Shown here in pieces: positions 23,898 through 34,900 of a stretch of 64,000 bases of DNA. Location: NCBI RefSeq assembly GCF_964204645.1, contig NW_027437467.1, forward strand, positions 1 through 64,000, in the 5' to 3' direction. The position numbers and the translations under genes were made by a program. How positions within the stretch are numbered: position 1 is the first letter of the stretch; the number at the start of each line of letters is the position of its first letter. Below the pieces are notes generated by a model, which worked only from the letters and a program-made list of their open reading frames with translations, made no database searches and was not told the origin of the DNA. The DNA is from Tubulanus polymorphus. Its lineage: Eukaryota > Animalia > Nemertea.

Positions 23898-24139
23898 TGT
23901 CGAGAACAGGATGTTTATGTAAAAATGTCAGTAACCATATAGTGTTCACTCCCCCTTAGCCTATGTAGCGAATCATCATATATATTAGCATGCGCATGTG
24001 CAGTCGGGACAGGTGGTTAGCCTGTGTGTGACCGAAATAAACGAGTATCTTATGATCTGTAGACTGAACCCGTCGTGTTTTTAGTCTTTCTCTTCCTTTA
24101 TCTCCGAACCTGGTCTTCTTTGTGACTCGCAACGCCACA
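23898..24139 (+). repeat. 3' LTR (242 bp)
   Basis: Direct repeat of 18124-18365; TGT...ACA termini. Confidence 0.97.
24036..24041 (+). terminator. Putative polyadenylation signal AATAAA in 3' LTR (copy at 18262-18267 in 5' LTR)
   Basis: AATAAA followed by GT/T-rich sequence (GTCGTGTTTTTAGTCTTT). Confidence 0.6.
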
Positions 24140-24144
24140 CGCCG
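24140..24144 (+). other. 3' target-site duplication CGCCG
   Basis: Satellite resumes in register at monomer position 84; the next monomer starts at 24175. Confidence 0.97.
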
Positions 24145-26067
24145 AACGACGTTTTCGCGTCGAAAAGTGCTTTTCCTGACGATTTGAGCGCTTTTACGCA
24201 TCGGCATTGTCGTTTTTCCGATAGGGGGAATATTTGATAAGAAAACGTATTTTCTCGCGCTGAACTACGTTTTCGCGTCGAAAAGTGCTTTTCCTGACGA
24301 TTTGAGCGCTTTTACGCATCGACATTGTCGTTTTACCGATAGTGAGAATATTCGATACGAAAACGTCTTTTCTCGCGCCGAACGACGTTTTCGCGTCGAA
24401 AAGTGCTTTTCCTGACGATTTGAGCGCTTTTACGCATCGACATTGTCGTTTTACCGATAGTGAGAATATTCGATACGAAAACGTCTTTTCTCGCGCCGAA
24501 CGACGTTTTCGCGTCGAAAAGTGCTTTTCCTGACGATTTGAGCGCTTTTACGCATCGACATTGTCGTTTTACCGATAGTGAGAATATTCGATACGAAAAC
24601 GTCTTTTCTCGCGCCGAACGACGTTTTCGCGTCGAAAAGTGCTTTTCCTGACGATTTGAGCGCTTTTACGCATCGACATTGTCGTTTTACCGATAGTGAG
24701 AATATTCGATACGAAAACGTCTTTTCTCGCGCTGAACGACGTTTTCGCGTCAAAAAGTGCTTTTCCTGACGATTTGAGCGCTTTTACGCATCGGCATTGT
24801 CGTTTTTCCGATAGGGGGAATATTCGAAAAGAAAACGTCTTTTCTCGCGCTGAGCGACGTTTTCGCGTCGAAAAGTGCTTTTCCTGACGATTTGAGCGCT
24901 TTTACGCATCGGCATTGTCGTTTTTCCGATAGGGGGAATATTCGAAAAGAAAACGTCTTTTCTCGCGCTGAGCGACGTTTTCGCGTCGAAAAGTGCTTTT
25001 CCTGACGATTTGAGCGCTTTTACGCATCGGCATTGTCGTTTTTCCGATAGGGGGAATATTCGAAAAGAAAACGTCTTTTCTCGCGCTGAACTACGTTTTC
25101 GCGTCGAAAAGTGCTTTTCCTGACGATTTGAGCGCTTTTACGCTTCGACATTGTCGTTTTACCGATAGTGAGAATATTCGATACGAAAACGTCTTTTCTC
25201 GCGCTGAACGACGTTTTCGCGTCGAAAAGTGCTTTTCCTGATGATTTGAGCGCTTTTACGCATCGACATTGTTGTTTTTTCCGATAGGGGGAATATTCGA
25301 AAAGAAAACGTCTTTTCTCGCGCTGAACGACGTTTTCGCGTCGAAAAGTGCTTTTCCTGACGATTTGAGCCCTTTTACGCATCGGCATTGTCGTTTTTAC
25401 GATAGGGCGAATATTCGATACGAAAACGTCTTTTCTCGCGCTGAGCGACGTTTTCGCGTCGAAAAGTGCTTTTCCTGACGATTTGAGCGCTTTTACGCAT
25501 CGACATTGTCGTTTTTCCGATAGGGGGAATATTCGATAAGAAAACGTCTTTTCTCGCGCTGAACTACGTTTTCGAGTCGAAAAGTGCTTTTCCTGACGAT
25601 TTCAGCGCTTTTACACATCGACATTGTCGTTTTACCGATAGGGAGAATATTCGACACGAAAACGTCTTTTCTCGCGCTGAACGACGTTTTCGCGTCGAAA
25701 AGTGCTTTTCCTGACGATTTGAGCGCTTTTACGCATCGACATTGTCGTTTTTCCGATAGGGGGAATATTCGATACGAAAACGTCTTTTCTCGCGCTGAGC
25801 GACGTTTTCGCGTCGAAAAGTGCTTTTCCTTATGATTTGAGCGCTTTTACGCATCGACATTGTTGTTTTTTTTCCGATAGGGGGAATATTCGATACGAAA
25901 AGGTCTTTTCTCGCGCTGAACGACGTTTTCGCGTCGAAAAGTGCTTTTCCTGACGATTTGAGCGCTTTTACGCATCGACATTGTCGTTTTTCCGATAGGG
26001 GGAATATTCGAAAAGAAAACGTCTTTTCTCGCGCTGAGCGACGTTTTCGCGTCGAAAAGTGCTTTTC

Positions 26068-29000
26068 CTGACGATTTGAGCGCTTTTACGCATCGACATT
26101 GTCGTTTTTCCGATAGGGGGAATATTCGATAAGAAAACGTCTTTTCTCGCGCTGAACTACGTTTTCGCGTCGAAAAGTGCTTTTCCTGACGATTTGAGCG
26201 CTTTTACGCATCGACATTGTCGTTTTACCGATAGGGAGAATATTCGACACGAAAACGTCTTTTCTCGCGCTGAACGACGTTTTCGCGTCGAAAAGTGCTT
26301 TTCCTGACGATTTGAGCGCTTTTACGCATCGACATTGTCGTTTTTCCGATAGGGGGAATATTCGATAAGAAAACGACTTTTCTCGCGCTGAACTACGTTT
26401 TCGCGTCGAAAAGTGCTTTTCCTGACGATTTGAGCGCTTTTACGCATCGACATTGTCGTTTTACCGATAGGGAGAATATTCGACACGAAAACGTCTTTTC
26501 TCGCGCTGAACGACGTTTTCGCGTCGAAAAGTGCTTTTCCTGACGATTTGAGCGCTTTTACGCATCGACATTGTCGTTTTTCCGATAGGGGGAATATTCG
26601 ATACGAAAACGTCTTTTCTCGCGCTGAGCGACGTTTTCGCGTCGAAAAGTGCTTTTCCTTATGATTTGAGCGCTTTTACGCATCGACATTGTTGTTTTTT
26701 TTCCGATAGGGGGAATATTCGATACGAAAAGGTCTTTTCTCGCGCTGAACGACGTTTTCGCGTCGAAAAGTGCTTTTCCTGACGATTTGAGCGCTTTTAC
26801 GCATCGACATTGTCGTTTTTCCGATAGGGGGAATATTCGATAAGAAAACGTCTTTTCTCGCGCTGAACTACGTTTTCGCGTCGAAAAGTGCTTTTCCTGA
26901 CGATTTGAGCGCTTTTACGCATCGACATTGTCGTTTTTCCGATAGGGGGAATATTCGAAAAGAAAACGTCTTTTCTCGCGCAGAGCGACGTTTTCGCGTC
27001 GAAAAGTGCTTTTCCTGACGATTTGAGCGCTTTTACGCATCGGCATTGTCGTTTTTCCGATAGGGGGAATATTCGAAAAGAAAACATCTTTTCTCGCGCC
27101 GAGCGACGTTTTCGCGTCGAAAAGTGCTTTTCCTGACGATTTGAGCGCTTTTACGCATCGACATTGTCGTTTTACCGATAGGGAGAATATTCGACACGAA
27201 AACGTCTTTTCTCGCGCTGAACGACGTTTTCGCGTCGAAAAGTGCTTTTCCTGACGATTTGAGCGCTTTTACGCATCGACATTGTCGTTTTACCGATAGT
27301 GAGAATATTCGATACGAAAAGGTCTTTTCTCGCGCTGAATGACGTTTTCGCGTCGAAAAGTGCTTTTCCAGACGATTTGAGCGCTTTTACGCATCGACAT
27401 TGTCGTTTTACCGATAGTGAGAATATTCGATACGAAAACGTCTTTTCTCGCGCTGAACGACGTTTTCGCGTCGAAAAGTGCTTTTCCTGACGATTTGAGC
27501 GCTTTTACGCATCGACATTGTCGTTTTTCCGATAGGGGGAATATTCGATAAGAAAACGTCTTTTCTCGCGCTGAACTACGTTTTCGCGTCGAAAAGTGCT
27601 TTTCCTGACGATTTGAGCGCTTTTACGCATCGACATTGTCGTTTTTCCGATAGGGAGAATATTCGACACGAAAACGTCTTTTCTCGCGCCGAACGACGTT
27701 TTCGCGTCGAAAAGTGCTTTTCCTGACGATTTGAGCGCTTTTACGCATCGACATTGTCGTTTTACCGATAGAGGGAATATTCGATACGAAAACGACTTTT
27801 CTCGCGCTGAACGACGTTTTCGGGTCGAAAAGTGCTTTTCCTGACGATTTGAGCGCTTTTACGCATCGACATTGTCGTTTTTCCGATAGGGGGAATATTC
27901 GATACGAAAACGTCTTTTCTCGCGCTGAGCGACGTTTTCGCGTCGAAAAGTGCTTTTCCTGACGATTTGAGCGCTTTTACGCATCGGCATTGTCGTTTTT
28001 ACGATAGGGCGAATATTCGATACGAAAACGTCTTTTCTCGCGCTGAGCGACGTTTTCGCGTCGAAAAGTGCTTTTCCTGACGATTTGAGCGCTTTTACGC
28101 ATCGACATTGTCGTTTTTCCGATAGGGGGAATATTCGATAAGAAAAGGTCTTTTCTCGCGCTGAACGACGTTTTCGCGTCGAAAAGTGCTTTTCCTGACG
28201 ATTTGAGCGCTTTTACGCATCGACATTGTCGTTTTTCCGATAGGGGGAATATTCGAAAAGAAAACGACTTTTCTCGCGCTGAGCGACGTTTTCGCGTCGA
28301 AAAGTGCTTTTCCTGACGATTTGAGCGCTTTTACGCATCGGCATTGTCGTTTTTCCGATAGGGGGAATATTCGAAAAGAAAACGTCTTTTCTCGCGCTGA
28401 GCGACGTTTTCGCGTCGAAAAGTGCTTTTACTGACGATTTGAGCGCTTTTACGCATCGACATTGTCGTTTTACCGATAGGGAGAATATTCGACACGAAAA
28501 CGTCTTTTCTCGCGCTGAACGACGTTTTCGCGTCGAAAAGTGCTTTTCCTGACGATTTGAGCGCTTTTACGCATCGGCATTGTCGTTTTTCCGATACGGG
28601 GAATATTCGAAAAGAAAACGTCTTTTCTCGCGCAGAGCGACGTTTTCGCGTCGAAAAGTGCTTTTCCTGACGATTTGAGCGCTTTTACGCATCGACATTG
28701 TCGTTTTACCGATAGGGAGAATATTCGATACGAAAACGTCTTTTCTCGCGCTGAACGACGTTTTCGCGTCGAAAAGTGCTTTTCCTGACGATTTGAGCGC
28801 TTTTACGCATCGGCATTGTCGTTTTTCCGATAGGGAGAATATTCGACACGAAAACGTCTTTTCTCGCGCTGAACGACGTTTTCGCGTCGAAAAGTGCTTT
28901 TCCTGACGATTTGAGCGCTTTTACGCATCGACATTGTCGTTTTACCGATAGGGAGAATATTCGATACGAAAACGTCTTTTCTCGCGCTGAACGACGTTTT

Positions 29001-31973
29001 CGCGTCGAAAAGTGCTTTTCCTGACGATTTGAGCGCTTTTATGCATCGACATTGTCGTTTTTCCGATAGGGGGAATATTCGATAAGAAAACGTCTTTTCT
29101 CGCGCTGAACTACGTTTTCGCGTCGAAAAGTGCTTTTCCTGACGATTTGAGCGCTTTTACGCATCGACATTGTCGTTTTACCGATAGGGAGAATATTCGA
29201 CACGAAAACGTCTTTTCTCGCGCTGAACGACGTTTTCGCGTCGAAAAGTGCTTTTCCTGACGATTTGAGCGCTTTTACGCATCGACATTGTCGTTTTTCC
29301 GATAGGGGGAATATTCGATAAGAAAACGACTTTTCTCGCGCTGAACTACGTTTTCGCGTCGAAAAGTGCTTTTCCTGACGATTTGAGCGCTTTTACGCAT
29401 CGACATTGTCGTTTTACCGATAGGGAGAATATTCGACACGAAAACGTCTTTTCTCGCGCTGAACGACGTTTTCGCGTCGAAAAGTGCTTTTCCTGACGAT
29501 TTGAGCGCTTTTACGCATCGACATTGTCGTTTTTCCGATAGGGGGAATATTCGATACGAAAACGTCTTTTCTCGCGCTGAGCGACGTTTTCGCGTCGAAA
29601 AGTGCTTTTCCTTATGATTTGAGCGCTTTTACGCATCGACATTGTTGTTTTTTTTCCGATAGGGGGAATATTCGATACGAAAAGGTCTTTTCTCGCGCTG
29701 AACGACGTTTTCGCGTCGAAAAGTGCTTTTCCTGACGATTTGAGCGCTTTTACGCATCGACATTGTCGTTTTTCCGATAGGGGGAATATTCGATAAGAAA
29801 ACGTCTTTTCTCGCGCTGAACTACGTTTTCGCGTCGAAAAGTGCTTTTCCTGACGATTTGAGCGCTTTTACGCATCGACATTGTCGTTTTTCCGATAGGG
29901 GGAATATTCGAAAAGAAAACGTCTTTTCTCGCGCAGAGCGACGTTTTCGCGTCGAAAAGTGCTTTTCCTGACGATTTGAGCGCTTTTACGCATCGGCATT
30001 GTCGTTTTTCCGATAGGGGGAATATTCGAAAAGAAAACATCTTTTCTCGCGCCGAGCGACGTTTTCGCGTCGAAAAGTGCTTTTCCTGACGATTTGAGCG
30101 CTTTTACGCATCGACATTGTCGTTTTACCGATAGGGAGAATATTCGACACGAAAACGTCTTTTCTCGCGCTGAACGACGTTTTCGCGTCGAAAAGTGCTT
30201 TTCCTGACGATTTGAGCGCTTTTACGCATCGACATTGTCGTTTTACCGATAGTGAGAATATTCGATACGAAAAGGTCTTTTCTCGCGCTGAATGACGTTT
30301 TCGCGTCGAAAAGTGCTTTTCCAGACGATTTGAGCGCTTTTACGCATCGACATTGTCGTTTTACCGATAGTGAGAATATTCGATACGAAAACGTCTTTTC
30401 TCGCGCTGAACGACGTTTTCGCGTCGAAAAGTGCTTTTCCTGACGATTTGAGCGCTTTTACGCATCGACATTGTCGTTTTTCCGATAGGGGGAATATTCG
30501 ATAAGAAAACGTCTTTTCTCGCGCTGAACTACGTTTTCGCGTCGAAAAGTGCTTTTCCTGACGATTTGAGCGCTTTTACGCATCGACATTGTCGTTTTTC
30601 CGATAGGGAGAATATTCGACACGAAAACGTCTTTTCTCGCGCCGAACGACGTTTTCGCGTCGAAAAGTGCTTTTCCTGACGATTTGAGCGCTTTTACGCA
30701 TCGACATTGTCGTTTTACCGATAGAGGGAATATTCGATACGAAAACGACTTTTCTCGCGCTGAACGACGTTTTCGGGTCGAAAAGTGCTTTTCCTGACGA
30801 TTTGAGCGCTTTTACGCATCGACATTGTCGTTTTTCCGATAGGGGGAATATTCGATACGAAAACGTCTTTTCTCGCGCTGAGCGACGTTTTCGCGTCGAA
30901 AAGTGCTTTTCCTGACGATTTGAGCGCTTTTACGCATCGGCATTGTCGTTTTTACGATAGGGCGAATATTCGATACGAAAACGTCTTTTCTCGCGCTGAG
31001 CGACGTTTTCGCGTCGAAAAGTGCTTTTCCTGACGATTTGAGCGCTTTTACGCATCGACATTGTCGTTTTTCCGATAGGGGGAATATTCGATAAGAAAAG
31101 GTCTTTTCTCGCGCTGAACGACGTTTTCGCGTCGAAAAGTGCTTTTCCTGACGATTTGAGCGCTTTTACGCATCGACATTGTCGTTTTTCCGATAGGGGG
31201 AATATTCGAAAAGAAAACGACTTTTCTCGCGCTGAGCGACGTTTTCGCGTCGAAAAGTGCTTTTCCTGACGATTTGAGCGCTTTTACGCATCGGCATTGT
31301 CGTTTTTCCGATAGGGGGAATATTCGAAAAGAAAACGTCTTTTCTCGCGCTGAGCGACGTTTTCGCGTCGAAAAGTGCTTTTACTGACGATTTGAGCGCT
31401 TTTACGCATCGACATTGTCGTTTTACCGATAGGGAGAATATTCGACACGAAAACGTCTTTTCTCGCGCTGAACGACGTTTTCGCGTCGAAAAGTGCTTTT
31501 CCTGACGATTTGAGCGCTTTTACGCATCGGCATTGTCGTTTTTCCGATACGGGGAATATTCGAAAAGAAAACGTCTTTTCTCGCGCAGAGCGACGTTTTC
31601 GCGTCGAAAAGTGCTTTTCCTGACGATTTGAGCGCTTTTACGCATCGACATTGTCGTTTTACCGATAGGGAGAATATTCGATACGAAAACGTCTTTTCTC
31701 GCGCTGAACGACGTTTTCGCGTCGAAAAGTGCTTTTCCTGACGATTTGAGCGCTTTTACGCATCGGCATTGTCGTTTTTCCGATAGGGAGAATATTCGAC
31801 ACGAAAACGTCTTTTCTCGCGCTGAACGACGTTTTCGCGTCGAAAAGTGCTTTTCCTGACGATTTGAGCGCTTTTACGCATCGACATTGTCGTTTTACCG
31901 ATAGGGAGAATATTCGATACGAAAACGTCTTTTCTCGCGCTGAACGACGTTTTCGCGTCGAAAAGTGCTTTTC
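26068..31973 (+). repeat. Recent 25-monomer (2953-bp) tandem duplication within the satellite
   Basis: Private variants recur at +2953: CCAGACG 27368/30321, ATAGAGGG ~27770/30723, TTTTACTG ~28430/31383, GATACGGGG ~28595/31548. Confidence 0.92.
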
Positions 31974-34900
31974 CTGACGATTTGAGCGCTTTTACGCATC
32001 GACATTGTCGTTTTACCGATAGGGAGAATATTCGACACGAAAACGTCTTTTCTCGCGCTGAACGACGTTTTCGCGTCGAAAAGTGCTTTTCCTGACGATT
32101 TGAGCGCTTTTACGCATCGGCATTGTCGTTTTACCGATAGGGAGAATATTCGACACGAAAACGTCTTTTCTCGCGCTGAACGACGTTTTCGCGTCGAAAA
32201 GTGCTTTTCCTGACGATTTGAGCGCTTTAACGCATCGGCATTGTCGTTTTTCCGATAGGGAGAATATTCGACACGAAAACGTCTTTTCTCGCGCTGAACG
32301 ACGTTTTCGCGTCGAAAAGTGCTTTTCCTGACGATTTGAGCGCTTTTACGCATCGACATTGTCGTTTTACCGATAGGGAGAATATTCGACACGAAAACGT
32401 CTTTTCTCGCGCTGAACGACGTTTTCGCGTCGAAAAGTGCTTTTCCTGACGATTTGAGCGCTTTTACGCATCGGCATTGTCGTTTTACCGATAGGGAGAA
32501 TATTCGACACGAAAACGTCTTTTCTCGCTCTGAACGACGTTTTCGCGTCGAAAAGTGCTTTTCCTGACGATTTGAGCGCTTTTACGCATCGGCATTGTCG
32601 TTTTTCCGATAGGGGGAATATTCGATACGAAAACGTCTTTTCTCGCGCGGAAAAGACGTTTTCGTGTCGAAAAGTGCTTTTCCTGACGATTTGAGCGCTT
32701 TTACGCATCGACATTGTCGTTTTTCCGATAGGGGGAATATTCGAAAAGAAAACGTCTTTTCTCGCGCCGAACGACGTTTTCGCGTCGAAAAGTGCTTTTC
32801 CTGACGATTTGAGCGCTTTTACGCATCGGCATTGTCGTTTTTCCGATAGGGGAATATTCGAAAAGAAAACGTCTTTTCTCGCGCTGAGCGACGTTTTCGC
32901 GTCGAAAAGTGCTTTTCCTGACGATTTGAGCGCTTTTACGCATCGGCATTGTCGTTTTTCCGATAGGGGGAATATTCGAAAAGAAAACGTCTTTTCTCGC
33001 GCAGAGCGACGTTTTCGCGTCGAAAAGTGCTTTTCCTGACGATTTGAGCGCTTTTACGCATCGGCATTGTCGTTTTTCCGATAGGGGGAATATTCGAAAA
33101 GAAAACGTCTTTTCTCGCGCAGAGCGACGTTTTCGCGTCGAAAAGTGCTTTTCCTGACGATTTGAGCGCTTTTACGCATCGGCATTGTCGTTTTTCCGAT
33201 AGGGGGAATATTCGAAAAGAAAACGTCTTTTCTCGCGCAGAGCGACGTTTTCGCGTCGAAAAGTGCTTTTCCTGACGATTTGAGCGCTTTTACGCATCGG
33301 CATTGTCGTTTTTCCGATAGGGGGAATATTCGAAAAGAAAACGTCTTTTCTCGCGCCGAGCGACGTTTTCGCGTCGAAAAGTGCTTTTCCTGACGATTTG
33401 AGCGCTTTTACGCATCGACATTGTCGTTTTACCGATAGGGAGAATATTCGACACGAAAACGTCTTTTCTTGCGCTGAACGACGTTTTCGCGTCGAAAAGT
33501 GCTTTTCCTGACGATTTGAGCGCTTTTACGCATCGACATTGTCGTTTTACCGATAGTGAGAATATTCGATACGAAAACGACTTTTCTCGCGCTGAACGAC
33601 GTTTTCGGGTCGAAAAGTGCTTTTCCTGACGATTTGAGCGCTTTTACGCATCGGCATTGTCGTTTTTCCGATAGGGGGAATATTCGATACGAAAACGTCT
33701 TTTCTCGCGCCGAACGACGTTTTCGCGTCGAAAAGTGCTTTTCCTGACGATTTGAGCGCTTTTACGTATCGGCATTGTCGTTTTTCCGATAGGGGGAATA
33801 TTCGATACGAAAACGTCTTTTCTCGCGCTGAACGACGTTTTCGGGTCGAAAAGTGCTTTTCCTGACGATTTGAGCGCTTTTACGCATCGGCATTGTCGTT
33901 TTTCCGATAGGGGGAATATTTGATAAGAAAACGTCTTTTCTCGCGCTGAACTACGTTTTCGCGTCGAAAAGTGCTTTTCCTGACGATTTGAGCGCTTTTA
34001 CGCATCGGCATTGTCGTTTTTCCGATAGGGGGAATATTCGATACGAAAACGTCTTTTCTCGCGCCGAACGACGTTTTCGCGTCGAAAAGTGCTTTTCCTG
34101 ACGATTTGAGCGCTTTTACGCATCGACATTGTCGTTTTTCCGATAGGGGGAATATTCGATACGAAAACGTCTTTTCTCGCGCCGAACGACGTTTTCGCGT
34201 CGAAAAGTGCTTTTCCTGACGATTTGAGCGCTTTTACGCATCGGCATTGTCGTTTTTCCGATAGGGGGAATATTCGATACGAAAACGTCTTTTCTCGCGC
34301 CGAACGACGTTTTCGCGTCGAAAAGTGCTTTTCCTGACGATTTGAGCGCTTTTACGCATCGACATTGTCGTTTTTCCGATAGGGGGAATATTCGATACGA
34401 AAACGTCTTTTCTCGCGCCGAACGACGTTTTCGCGTCGAAAAGTGCTTTTCCTGACGATTTGAGCGCTTTTACGCATCGACATTGTCGTTTTTCCGATAG
34501 GGGGAATATTCGATACGAAAACGTCTTTTCTCGCGCCGAACGACGTTTTCGCGTCGAAAAGTGCTTTTCCTGACGATTTGAGCGCTTTTACGCATCGGCA
34601 TTGTCGTTTTACCGATAGGGAGAATATTCGACACGAAAACGTCTTTTCTCGCTCTGAACGACGTTTTCGCGTCGAAAAGTGCTTTTCCTGACGATTTGAG
34701 CGCTTTTACGCATCGGCATTGTCGTTTTTCCGATAGGGGGAATATTCGATACGAAAACGTCTTTTCTCGCGCTGAACGACGTTTTCGCGTCGAAAAGTGC
34801 TTTTCCTGACGATTTGAGCGCTTTTACGCATCGACATTGTCGTTTTTCCGATAGGGGGAATATTCGAAAAGAAAACGTCTTTTCTCGCGCCGAACGACGT

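Larger units (their letters stand above)
18124..24139 (+). mobile_element. Full-length BEL/Pao (Belpaoviridae) LTR retrotransposon, 6016 bp
   Basis: TGT...ACA LTR pair, 5-bp TSD, PBS, short PPT, and one ORF with a triple CCHC Gag and PR-RT-RH-IN order carrying BEL/Pao motifs (YDPLG, TIPRLEL, NPADILSRG, WWFGPEWL, WHGGFWERLV). Confidence 0.98.

Noticed and set aside
18182-24207. Small alternative-frame and antisense ORFs within the retrotransposon and its LTRs; possible env gene
   Set aside because: All are under 100 aa, overlap Gag-Pol or the LTR and show no motifs. Only about 170 nt separate the stop codon from the 3' LTR, leaving no room for env.
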